A stretch of 63,931 bases of DNA, counting the filler, from Octopus bimaculoides (lineage: Eukaryota): NCBI RefSeq assembly GCF_001194135.2. It is 8 parts of 7 records of this genome, joined end to end, with 100 filler letters (N's around TTAATTAATTAA, not from the genome) between each part and the next. Parts side by side here need not be neighbours in the genome. Positions count along the whole stretch, not along the records: positions 22,572 to 29,008 come from NC_068990.1; positions 29,109 to 32,374 come from NC_068985.1; positions 32,475 to 58,798 come from NC_068987.1; 5 more parts are not named here. One strand, given 5' to 3'. Both the position numbers and the translations under genes were made by a program. The notes beneath the pieces are model-generated. The model did no database searches, was not told the origin of the DNA, and was given only the letters and a program-made list of their open reading frames with translations. Shown here piece after piece: positions 24,505 through 36,842 of the stretch; position 1 is the first letter of the stretch; each line of letters starts with the position of its first letter.

Positions 24505-24885
24505 CTTACTTATTTTCGTCATTAAACTGCGGCCATGCTGGAGCACCGCTTTGAAGAGTTTAGTCGAACAGATCGACTCCCGGTATATAATTTTTTAAAG
24601 TCTGGAAATCTAGTACTTTTTCTGTCAACATCTTTTACCGAACAGGGGCGTAAACAAACCAACACCTGTTGGCAAGAAGCATGGTGGAGGTGTAAGCACA
24701 AACACACACACACACACACACTCATATACGACGAACTTCTATACAGTTTCCGTCTACCAAATTCACTCACGAGCCATTGGTCGGCCCGGTGCTTTAGCAG
24801 AAAAAAAACTTGTCAAGTTGCTGTGTAGTGGGATTGAACCTAAAACAACGTGGTGGCAAAATGAGCTTCTTATTCACACACCTTA
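24505..24885 (-). mobile_element. SINE family A, full length, diverged
   Basis: Collinear with 31709-32124 (gcggccatgctggagcaccgc...cagtttccgtctaccaaattcactcac...ggtcggccc). Confidence 0.9.
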
Positions 24886-25130
24886 TGATAAAAAGAATGA
24901 TAAAAGATGTGTATAAAAGTATGTAAATGCTGAGGATTTCTAGAAGTAAAAAACTCTATTGATCTGCATCATGCAAATGCGATCGCTTTGTAGTACTGTG
25001 GGGATAATACAATAACACATAATTGCATGTCTGCACATAGCTCACACACATTACGTAAAGAGTGCGTGAAAACTTATGCACTCACATTTACGAATGAGAT
25101 ATTTAAGCCCATTATATAAACACAAGTGAA

Positions 25131-25375
25131 GGCACGTCGCCTAGTGGTTAGGCTGTTGCACTAATGATCGCTCGATCGTAGGTTCGATTCCCTGATTGGG
25201 CGGCGCATTGTGTTCTTGAGCGAAACACTCCCATTTCACGTTGCTCCAGTTCTCCTTTCGATTAGGGGTGAGAATGTTGGCCTGCACGCCTAGCCAGCGG
25301 GGTGGCGTCATTTGAAGACTAAAACAATGTGAAGCGCATTGTGACCACATCTGATAGCCTGGTCAGTCACGTGAT
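25131..25375 (+). mobile_element. tRNA-derived SINE family C
   Basis: A-box-like gcctagtggttagg, B-box ggttcgattccc (from 25181), then ttgtgttcttgagcgaaacact..tttcacgttgctccag core. Confidence 0.85.
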
Positions 25376-25589
25376 CACATGACTTGATATAAACACAGGT
25401 ATTTAATAGTAGGCTCTCGATCGGAGAATTGACTGTTCTGCCATTTCTTGCAGAATAACCTGCACAGAGGATTTGTTTATAGAGATCAAACGTTTGTGCA
25501 GTACGTTAGCTCACACCTTCCATCAAATCGACATCACTTGAACGGTATAAACGGTATACCCATACAGAAACTTACATATGATGATGTAA

Positions 25590-25825
25590 GACGGCGAGCT
25601 GGCAGAAACGTTAGCACGCCGGGAAAAATGCTTAGCGGTATTTTGTCTGTCTTTACGTTCCGAGTTCAAATTCCGCCGAGGTCGACTTTGCCTTTCATCC
25701 TTTCGGGGTCGATAAATTAAGTACCAGTTACTCACTGGGGTCGATGTAACCGACTTAATCCCTTTGTCTGCCCTTGTTTGTCCCCTCTATGTTTAGCCCC
25801 TTGTGGGCACTAAAGAAATAAGAAA
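25590..25825 (+). mobile_element. SINE family B, full length, tail type 1, with target-site duplication
   Basis: ggcgagctggcagaaacgttagc...gagttcaaattccgcc...ttgtgggcactaaagaaataag; direct repeat ttacatatgatgat at 25572-25585 and 25827-25840. Confidence 0.95.
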
Positions 25826-27771
25826 TTTACATATGATGATACTAGTGGTGGTGATGGTGATGTTGATGATGATGATAAATGTATTCGCATACATAAAAAA
25901 GGTTTTGTCCTTTTGCTAGTGACCGACTGGAATCCTAAAAGGGTTTAAATCTAAAAGAAAAACATACATACATAATATTACATTGCATTGCGTTACATGC
26001 ATACATACAGACATGCATACATGCATACATACATACATACATGGAAACGTGCATACATACATACATACATGGAAATGTGCATACACAAATACATACATGA
26101 TGGCTGACCACTCGTGACCAAAGAAAACTATGACTGATGATCGCCAATGCAAAACGTCAGCAATGCTTGTTATTGCTTTATCCAGGTTCGCTTCATTCGG
26201 GTTCGCACCGCGTCTTCCATGCTCGCCGCGATACCCTCCTACTCGACCGGTCATCGGAAAGTCGTCTCACCGGCGTTCTAGGTCCAACAAAGCTTGCATA
26301 GCACCTCACAGACCCTCTCAACCCTACTGACCTGATCCAGACCACAATCCAAAGCAAGATATCCGGTGCCAATAAGTAATATTTAATTATAAAAATATAA
26401 TGGGGTTGCTTTGAAACATCGCTATGAAGGTCCGGTAGAGTAAAATTGGAACCAAAGGGATCCACTGATATTTCATGGTGGTGTTCCAGCATGACCACAA
26501 GAGTAAAATAAAAGTTGGTTGAGAAACACTGTCCTGAAGACGTGCTTTAACATGTATGCATACATATATACATGTAATGAGACAGACAGACAAGCGGACA
26601 GACATGCACGTAACACATTCATACATGCCGTCGTACATAACATACATATATCATACTTACCTAGATACATACAAACATACACACAGCTACACGTACATAA
26701 CATGCATATGGTGAAAAACATCCATACATACGTTTAAAAGCTAGTCACCATCCGCGAATATGTAGGCCTGAAAACGCACCTTTCTTTCGCTATCTATTTT
26801 AGGTACCTCAATAGCCGCTAGCAAGCTTGGACACCGTCTTGGCTGTTCCACACCTTGTTCTTGAGGCACACCTGGAGGAATTTCAACCATGTTTCGTGGT
26901 CTGCTACCACAGCAGCTCCTTTATAGGATCCAGTTAGCTCAAGACATCATCAGGAGGAACCACGTCCGGTTTCGGCCCCTACTCCTCTACCGTTTTGACG
27001 TGGCGGGCTGCCCCCCCCCCCGTTTCGGAGGTGTCTTCAGCTCTGGTGTTGGGTGCATGTCTTCTTTCTTCTATTCCCTGGCCTCTTCGATGCAGCATCA
27101 ATGAGTGTCAGCNNNNNNNNNNNNNNNNNNNNNNNNNNNNNNNNNNNNNNNNNNNNNNNNNNNNNNNNNNNNNNNNNNNNNNNNNNNNNNNNNNNNNNNN
27201 NNNNNNNNNNNNNNNNNNNNNNNNNNNNNNNNNNNNNNNNNNNNNNNNNNNNNNNNNNNNNNNNNNNNNNNNNNNNNNNNNNNNNNNNNNNNNNNNNNNN
27301 NNNNNNNNNNNNNNNNNNNNNNNNNNNNNNNNNNNNNNNNNNNNNNNNNNNNNNNNNNNNNNNNNNNNNNNNNNNNNNNNNNNNNNNNNNNNNNNNNNNN
27401 NNNNNNNNNNNNNNNNNNNNNNNNNNNNNNNNNNNNNNNNNNNNNNNNNNNNNNNNNNNNNNNNNNNNNNNNNNNNNNNNNNNNNNNNNNNNNNNNNNNN
27501 NNNNNNNNNNNNNNNNNNNNNNNNNNNNNNNNNNNNNNNNNNNNNNNNNNNNNNNNNNNNNNNNNNNNNNNNNNNNNNNNNNNNNNNNNNNNNNNNNNNN
27601 NNNNNNNNNNNNNNNNNNNNNNNNNNNNNNNNNNNNNNNNNNNNNNNNNNNNNNNNNNNNNNNNNNNNNNNNNNNNNNNNNNNNNNNNNNNNNNNNNNNN
27701 NNNNNNNNNNNNNNNNNNNNNNNNNNNNNNNNNNNNNNNNNNNNNNNNNNNNNNNNNNNNNNNNNNNNNNN

Positions 27772-27826
<55 letters not shown>

Positions 27827-28272
27827 TGTGTGTGTATGTGCAGGAGACGTTGAATTCTTCTGAAGTGGTTACTGTTACAATTATCATTAATTTTATCTTG
27901 TTTTAACTGATATATATATTTATTTATATAACATCTACTTTTCTGATTAGTTTTATCGAAATTTTAATCTATTCATTCTGTAAACGCCTTATCACAGGTC
28001 TAAATTTTATTTTGTGTACCTTTGTCTTATTTTGGATGTATGTATGTATGTATGCATGCATGTATGTATGTATGCATGTATGTATATATGTATGAAGGAA
28101 GGAATGCATGTGTAAGTACGTACGTATATATGGTTATGAATATAGGTATATATGCATACAATTAAACATGTGACATATGCATGCATTTATGTAAATGTTA
28201 CATATACATATACATGTGTGTGTGTGTGTGTGTGCTTTATTATTATTATTATTATTATTATTGTTGTTGTTG

Positions 28273-28321
<49 letters not shown>

Positions 28322-28333
28322 TATTATTATTAT

Positions 28334-28540
28334 TGAGCTGGTAGAATCGTTAGCACAAGATGCTCAGAAGCTTATCTTCCGGCTTTACGTTCTGAGTTCA
28401 AAGTTCACCGAATTCGACTTTGTCTTTCGCCCTTTCGAGGTCGATAAATTAAGTACCAGTGAAACACTGTAGGGTCGATATAATCGACCGGTCCCCTCTC
28501 CGCCAAAATTTCAGGCCTCGTGCCTATAGTAGAAAGGATG
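28334..28540 (+). mobile_element. SINE family B, tail type 2 (..aaaatttcaggcctcgtgcctatagtagaaagg)
   Basis: Body similar to 25590-25750 with a different 3' tail. Confidence 0.85.
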
Positions 28541-29782
28541 CTTATTATTACTGTTGTTGTTGTTGTTGGAACTGATAATGTTTACATATACCGCTACTGC
28601 TGCTTCTGTCGTCACTGATTGCGTGGGAATTTTCGAAATCTCGTACTACACCACCCTAAAGATAAAGTGGTGGTGTGTGAGAGAGTAAAAAGATTAAAAG
28701 GAAGAGAAGAATGTTGTAGTAGAAGTGAAAATGCCAAATAGTTCGGTGTTGCTTTTCGAGTTCTTTAGAAATTTTTATAGCCAAACAGCGTCGGTGGAAT
28801 ATTATGAACTAAGAACCAACGGGTACGATATATTGGGTAAGAATGATCTACATAACCTGTTTTCTTTTTCTGTGTTCTTTTCTTTCTATACTTACATACA
28901 AACATACGCACACACACACACGCACACACACACACATACGTAAATACATACATACATACATACATACATACATACATACATACATACATACATACATACA
29001 TACATACANNNNNNNNNNNNNNNNNNNNNNNNNNNNNNNNNNNNNNNNNNNNTTAATTAATTAANNNNNNNNNNNNNNNNNNNNNNNNNNNNNNNNNNNN
29101 NNNNNNNNCAGTTGAAGAAAAGTAGATTTCTGTATTTTCATATCCCGGATATACAGACACATACTGATATATATATATATATATATATACAGGCACACTT
29201 TGAAGATATATACACACACATACACGTAGATATACATTCGTTCCTTTGCCTCGACCTTTTTACTAATTGAAAGAAAAAAAAACGAAAAAAGAACGAAGTG
29301 TATACCCTGGAGATAATGATAGAGAAAGAGAGAGGCGGTGTGAGAAGAAAAAAAAGGGTGAGACAAAATGTAAGAGAGAAAGTGTGTTATATGGAAAAGG
29401 TAAAAAGTGATAGAGAATAGAAGTTGGTTAGAGAGAGTGGAGTTGAAACACAGAGAAAGTGAAAGAAAGAGGGGAAGGAAGAGGAAATAATATGCACGCA
29501 CACAGACGCATGCGTGCACAAACACACACATTCAAGCATCTCTTGCGTTACGGCTACTTCAAGTTTCATGACTTCGTACTTAAGAAAATTATGGAGTACG
29601 ACAGTTAATTTCGAGATACAGTCTCTAATTTCGCTCTTAAGGAAACTCGGAGAGAGGTAAAATTTTAAGAATTTAAAGTTATACTCTCTTCTTAGCCATA
29701 AAGGCTGCTTCCCAGCGTTTTGACTAAGATAATGCAGCTAACAATTTGAAAAAACTATATTCATGTTACATAGATACATATA

Positions 29783-29921
29783 TTTAATTCTTTATTGCCC
29801 ACAAGGGGCTAAACAAGGACAAAGGGACTAAGTCGATTACATCGAACCCAGTGCGCAACTGGTACTTATTTAATCGACCCCGAAAGGATGAAAGGCAAAG
29901 TTAACCTCGGTGGAATTTGAA
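29783..29921 (-). mobile_element. SINE family B, 3' half, tail type 1
   Basis: ctttattgcccacaaggggctaaac...ggtacttatttaatcgaccccgaaaggatgaaaggcaaag. Confidence 0.9.
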
Positions 29922-30224
29922 ATAGATACATATATTTACACGTATATTAATGTCCTGGAATGGTAGAAAAAAACGGAGTATTTCCAGTGCAGGACTCAAC
30001 CCGAGTTCGAAGTTATCTACACTCTTAAATTGGAGTCTCAAGAAAGATTGAATTTCTGCCGGTATAGAAAACCCAGATATCACATCCCTAAAACTAATTT
30101 GTGGGTTTAGCGAAGAGTAAAATTCAATCCAAAGAAGAAGACAAATAGTTTAGCACATCCTTAATGACCAGTTACAATTGTTTCTGCACCCACTCTGTTT
30201 TAACGTTATTGCACGCAAAAAGAT

Positions 30225-30370
30225 TTGGCAAAAATGGGCCGATAGATTAAGTAGCAAGCTTAAAAATTGTACTGGGGACGATTTGTTCGACTAAACCCTT
30301 CAAGGTGGTGTTCCAGCATGGCCACAGTCCAATAACTGAAACAGATTTAAAAAAATAAAAGATAAAAGAA
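30225..30370 (+). mobile_element. SINE family A, 3' part
   Basis: gatttgttcgactaaa...ggtggtgttccagcatggccacagtc...actgaaac. Confidence 0.8.
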
Positions 30371-30820
30371 TCACTGCCAAGTTTTTATTTTCTTTCACCA
30401 ACACCAGATTAAATTTTACTTAATTAAGAGTTTTGGCGCACGCCACTCTCGAAGATACCCTCTTATTTCTCCAGACAGACGTGTAGGTTAATAAGAAGGG
30501 AGAGAGTCCTACCAAGGTGTGGGGGGAGGCAAATAGAGTGTAGGAAAGCTAGAATAGGGTTATAGTGGGAGTAAAGCTAATACAGACATAATAGTAGTAG
30601 GATAAGTGAAAGAGAAATAGGCATGTAAGCACTACAGGAGGGGGAGCTTGTAACAGGGAGAGAGACAGAAGTTATAGTTAGAGAGTGAAGCAGGGAATAA
30701 GAGTCAGTCATATAGAACGAATGAAGGTAGACAGAGGTGGAGGTGATGAAGGAAGAAGGCTGTGACAGATAGAGGGAGGGAAAGACAGAGAGAGAGAGAG
30801 ATAGATAGAGAGAGAGAGAA

Positions 30821-30853
<33 letters not shown>

Positions 30854-31294
30854 GTGTGTTTCAAAGAAAGTGTGAAGGATGGAATCATTGCGGTTTACGA
30901 GACACGCACGTGCGTGTCCTGTTGTGTTGGTGTATGTATTTATGTATTTATTTTAACTATTCATTTATTTATATATTTTATTTATTGTCGCCGGTTTCTT
31001 TAAACCCATCCTTCATCACCGAGGGCCGAGGGAAAATTACTCGAGGGAGCATATGGTAGGATCTCACATATGTAATACAGTGGGTCGAAAATGTTTCCAC
31101 TGCTTTCATTTAAGCAATTGGTAGGCAAAACTTCCCTCAGAAGTCTTTTAAAATATTAAACCAATCAAGGGAGATAAATACAGTGAAATCAGTTGATGGA
31201 AATTTTAGGATAATATAGACCATGTAGATAATTATTTTAGAATAATATAGACCATATAGATTACGAAACAGCTGTCAATATATGGAATAAATAA

Positions 31295-31405
31295 GACGGC
31301 GAGTTGGCAGAATTGTTAGCATGCTGGGCAAAATGCTTAACGGCATTTCGTCCGGCTTTACATTCTGAGGTCAAATATCGCCGAGGTCGACTTTACGGTT
31401 CATCG
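31295..31405 (+). mobile_element. SINE family B, 5' half (truncated)
   Basis: gacggcgagttggcagaattgttagc...gccgaggtcgacttt. Confidence 0.85.
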
Positions 31406-31672
31406 TGTGTGTGTGTGTGTGTGTGTGTCCACTAAAATAATGTTAATTGCGAAGCGGTGGTGGAAAATGCAGACACAGACACATATTGCACACACATACA
31501 TGCACATAGATATATACGCCGAGCTTCTTTCAGTTTCTGTTTACCAAGTTCACTCTCAAGGCTTTGGTCGGCCCGAGGCTGCGGTAGAAAACACCTGTCC
31601 AAAGTACCATGCAGTGGAACTGAACCCGGAACTATCTGGTTAGGAAGCAAGCTTCTCACCAGACAGCTGCAT
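31405..31672 (-). mobile_element. SINE family A, older copy lacking 3' tail
   Basis: ttctttcagtttctgtttaccaag...ggctttggtcggcccgaggct...ggaactgaacccggaac. Confidence 0.85.
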
Positions 31673-31708
31673 TCGTTCAATTTTTCATTTATTTTATTTA
31701 TTTGTTGG

Positions 31709-32124
31709 TTTACTCTTTTACTCTTTTACTTGTTTCAGTCATTTGACTGTGGCCATGCTGGAGCACCGCCTTTAGTCGAGTAAATCGACCCCAGGACTTA
31801 TTGTTTGGATGCCTAGTACTTATTCTATCGGTTCTTTTTGCCGAACCGCTAAGTTACAGGGACGTAAACACACCACCATCGGTTGTCAAGCGATGTTGGG
31901 GGGACCAAACACAGACACACATACACAGACATACATATATATATATATATACATATATATACGATAGGTTTCTTTCAGTTTCCGTCTACCAAATCCACTC
32001 ACAAGGCTTTGGTCGGCCCGAGGCTATAGTAGAAGACACTTGCCCAAGGTGCCACGCAGTGAGAATGAACCCGGAACCATGTGGTTGGTAAGCAAGCTAC
32101 TTACCACACAGCCACTCCTGCGCC
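31709..32124 (-). mobile_element. SINE family A, full length (about 415 bp), relatively young
   Basis: Minus-strand head ggcgcaggagtggctgtgtggtaag..ggttccgggttca, internal (TA)/(TG) tract, tail (gtaaaaga)n; highly similar to 59705-60111. Confidence 0.95.
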
Positions 32125-35100
32125 TATATTTATTTTTATACATGGTTGTTCCTTACGACTATTGCACTTCTCGAAAGTCTCGGCCTTATATACTGTCTAC
32201 AAAGAATCTCTTTGAAAGTCTGTACCTTTCACCTCACCTCTGTTCTCTTTAAACATAACCCTTTAGCCACATTGCCAAAGTTAGACAACATAGCAGTGTT
32301 CTATTGATAATGAAATAGGAAGAAAAAAGTGATACCACACACGTTACTTATCTTATATATATATATATATATATNNNNNNNNNNNNNNNNNNNNNNNNNN
32401 NNNNNNNNNNNNNNNNNNTTAATTAATTAANNNNNNNNNNNNNNNNNNNNNNNNNNNNNNNNNNNNNNNNNNNNATATGTATATGCATACACATACATAT
32501 ATGCATACACAAACGCATATATATTTTATATATGTGTTGGGGTACTTGTTTGCGCGCGCTCGTTTATGTATAAGTCTTTTCAAAGCTGGTCGTATGGTGT
32601 GCATATAGGTCTTAGCATTTCCCTTGCATATGGCCTCTTGCGGAAGCTTTTATTATATTTTAATTGAATTTCTTTGTAAGATCGTGCACAACTTCGTTCC
32701 CAATATATTTTATTAAAACATAACTATTCATTCCTCTATCTTTACCCTTCTTTCGTGGACAATACACTTCGTAAGCACTCGAAGCTATAATTTGTTTCCT
32801 TGATTTTGTTACTAGCTGCACGCTGCATTATGCTATTTGGTGTATAGAACGCAACGGGGACAATAGAACATCATTTTTGCATTTTCTTTTATCAGTGCAA
32901 TGTTGTAATTCTTTTAAAGAAAGCAAGAAAGGAACAACCATCGCAATGTGTAGGTAGAAATGTGCTGATATGAATAGTACTTTTCGTGTAGTATTTAGAG
33001 TGTATTATATCTTGTTAGCATAGTTACATCAAATGATCGCATTTAATGAGATTTTAAAATGATATATTTGAAAGAAACGGAGCAACTAAGCTGCGTTTTT
33101 ATCCATCACTATACCTATGTACCACTGAACTTTGCAACTGGTTATGTTTCTTTCTTTCATAATTTCAATTATTTATTTGTTCAATGCGGTTATAATTGTT
33201 CACACTCTCCTCTCGCTACACGCACATATATAATTATACACATATATAAACGTGTATGTGAGAACATGTATATACTTATATATATATATATATATANNNN
33301 NNNNNNNNNNNNNNNNNNNNNNNNNNNNNNNNNNNNNNNNNNNNNNNNNNNNNNNNNNNNNNNNNNNNNNNNNNNNNNNNNNNNNNNNNNNNNNNNNNNN
33401 NNNNNNNNNNNNNNNNNNNNNNNNNNNNNNNNNNNNNNNNNNNNNNNNNNNNNNNNNNNNNNNNNNNNNNNNNNNNNNNNNNNNNNNNNNNNNNNNNNNN
33501 NNNNNNNNNNNNNNNNNNNNNNNNNNNNNNNNNNNNNNNNNNNNNNNNNNNNNNNNNNNNNNNNNNNNNNNNNNNNNNNNNNNNNNNNNNNNNNNNNNNN
33601 NNNNNNNNNNNNNNNNNNNNNNNNNNNNNNNNNNNNNNNNNNNNNNNNNNNNNNNNNNNNNNNNNNNNNNNNNNNNNNNNNNNNNNNNNNNNNNNNNNNN
33701 NNNNNNNNNNNNNNNNNNNNNNNNNNNNNNNNNNNNNNNNNNNNNNNNNNNNNNNNNNNNNNNNNNNNNNNNNNNNNNNNNNNNNNNNNNNNNNNNNNNN
33801 NNNNNNNNNNNNNNNNNNNNNNNNNNNNNNNNNNNNNNNNNNNNNNNNNNNNNNNNNNNNNNNNNNNNNNNNNNNNNNNNNNNNNNNNNNNNNNNNNNNN
33901 NNNNNNNNNNNNNNNNNNNNNNNNNNNNNNNNNNNNNNNNNNNNNNNNNNNNNNNNNNNNNNNNNNNNNNNNNNNNNNNNNNNNNNNNNNNNNNNNNNNN
34001 NNNNNNNNNNNNNNNNNNNNNNNNNNNNNNNNNNNNNNNNNNNNNNNNNNNNNNNNNNNNNNNNNNNNNNNNNNNNNNNNNNNNNNNNNNNNNNNNNNNN
34101 NNNNNNNNNNNNNNNNNNNNNNNNNNNNNNNNNNNNNNNNNNNNNNNNNNNNNNNNNNNNNNNNNNNNNNNNNNNNNNNNNNNNNNNNNNNNNNNNNNNN
34201 ATATATATATATACAAGTTTTCGGTCGACTATTGCCTATTGTACAAGAAAACATCTACAAAATTGTTTGCGATAAGATCAGATTGAAACCATGTAGTTAC
34301 AAAATTAAGTAGCTATACAAGCATGACCGTGTCCATTTTATTGCGTAAATTGAAGGTCCATTCAATAATTATGGTATTTACACAGGCACATGTCATAGTC
34401 TGGCAGGTGTCGAAAATCACCTTCCACACCAAGCAAGCTTGATGAGATTCAAGGTATTAGTCACCGACGACCGGACTATATAATAGGTTGTAATGTGTTA
34501 CATGTTACCAGTACAAATGCGAAGCGACCTAACACTACTATTGCTATCACCACTTTTACCAACTATCCTTATTACTGACGATAATCAATCCTATATTTTG
34601 AAGGACTTTGAAGGATTAAGGCTTTGGTGCAGTATATTGGTGTTACATGGATGAGAGATTCATCTCCCTTGTTATAGGCTGTGTCCATTGGAATAAAATT
34701 TTCACTTTAGTAAAGAAAACTAGTGATTCTTGCCACCTAAGCCGGCTCGATGTCGGGTGTATTGACATTTGTTCCAAGTGATTCTCGCCGTTAACATACT
34801 GTTTTATTATTTTATAGATATACAATATCATATTAGTCAATATGTATCTGTCTACTTATCAGAAACATGGGCCTGAAGTTCACGAAGATTTAAGTAGGAT
34901 TTCTACGTTAACTCAAACTTTAGCCTACTAATCTATTGGACGGTCAATGCTACGAGCCGGTATCCTAATATTATTTGTACAGAAAATCTTTCAGTCGCTC
35001 CGTTCCCATGATGAATTATTCGTCGATTTTCACGATGAGCGTTCAAAATTGCGACCACATGAAATTAAAGACTGAACATTTAAGTACACCACAATCGTGT

Positions 35101-35268
35101 CTATATAATACCTTGACTTAATTCCCCTGCAAGAATTCTTAGGTACTATTTTCCTGTTAATTGACGTCCTTGTTTGTACTTTTCATGAAATTTTCAGACC
35201 GAATCAATGTGATATATTCCGTTAAAAGGCTGCACATTTGAATTAAAAGAGAGAGAGAGAAAGTGGGA

Positions 35269-35323
<55 letters not shown>

Positions 35324-36525
35324 NNNNNNNNNNNNNNNNNNNNNNNNNNNNNNNNNNNNNNNNNNNNNNNNNNNNNNNNNNNNNNNNNNNNNNNNNNNNN
35401 NNNNNNNNNNNNNNNNNNNNNNNNNNNNNNNNNNNNNNNNNNNNNNNNNNNNNNNNNNNNNNNNNNNNNNNNNNNNNNNNNNNNNNNNNNNNNNNNNNNN
35501 NNNNNNNNNNNNNNNNNNNNNNNNNNNNNNNNNNNNNNNNNNNNNNNNNNNNNNNNNNNNNNNNNNNNNNNNNNNNNNNNNNNNNNNNNNNNNNNNNNNN
35601 NNNNNNNNNNNNNNNNNNNNNNNNNNNNNNNNNNNNNNNNNNNNNNNNNNNNNNNNNNNNNNNNNNNNNNNNNNNNNNNNNNNNNNNNNNNNNNNNNNNN
35701 NNNNNNNNNNNNNNNNNNNNNNNNNNNNNNATATATATATATATATATATAGGTATAGTGGTGAAAACAGGAAAAATAGAACTTGAAATATGAGTATATG
35801 TATGTTTATCTATATTTGGCAGATTTAATAGTGTGATTCGAAGGTTGAGAGTTTTATGCTTTGGCACATATCAAACTAGTGTGGACAAATCAGTGACTGG
35901 TGATGAAACATAAATGTTTCATCAGTATTTGTCCACCTTTGGAACTGCTGGCATCCATTTTACCTCAATATAGATTACTGTCGAACCATTCCTTCTGATC
36001 ATGGTTTTACCTAAAGAACACCTAATCTAACTGGAATTATTTGGATCTCTCCTCCCTCTCTGGACCGAAGGAACCACAACAACTCGCATTGATGAGAAAC
36101 TTTATACTCCTCGAGCTGATGAAGGTATACTCAACATAAAGAACTTTCGCTCGGCATGATGCTCCAGTAGCTAGAATATCCCAGAAACAGCTGTTAGAGG
36201 AAATCTCTACCTTTCATACATAGCTAAATTAAATTAAATTTCCTTAAGTCTTGCCAAAATTGTTTGTCTTTCCTTTCTACTCTAAGCTATGCCTAGGGAC
36301 TCAAAGAGAAGCCATTTCTAGCGGCTTTCGATGAAGTAGTCACAAAAACCAGAATTTCAACTGTTATTCAAACAGGAATTTTACTGGCATACCTATCTGA
36401 GTACTCAGAGCGCATACCTATTAGTTTGAGAGTCACCCTGACGAAAACTCTTAGCATCTTATATGTGTTTGTGTGTGTGTACACGTGTGTGTTTGCGTGT
36501 ATATGTGTGTGTGTATACATGCACA

Positions 36526-36596
<71 letters not shown>

Positions 36597-36604
36597 GTGT
36601 GAGT

Positions 36605-36842
36605 TAAAAGCTAAAGAACCCCTTCAGTTGTAAATAACCGTGGAATTTCACCGAGAAAGTTCCTCTCCGAAGAACAAGTCCAGGCAAGGTTGGTTATGGA
36701 AGAGTAGTAAGTCGCCCCTGCAAAACAACATCTCTTCTCCACGCCATCTGTGTTATCCAAGGGACAGGCAAAGGCGCAAGTCATTTCTATAGGTGAGTGA
36801 ACTGGTGCAACGAGAAATGAAAGTGTCTTACCCAAAGAACAC
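36605..36842 (-). mobile_element. tRNA-SINE variant (family C core, different tail), head lost at the LINE junction
   Basis: gagtgaactggtgcaacgagaaatgaaagtgtcttacccaaagaacacaa is the reverse complement of the family C core. Confidence 0.7.

Noticed and set aside
25131-25200. tRNA gene
   Set aside because: A and B boxes are present but run directly into a SINE core with no acceptor-stem closure; this is a SINE head.
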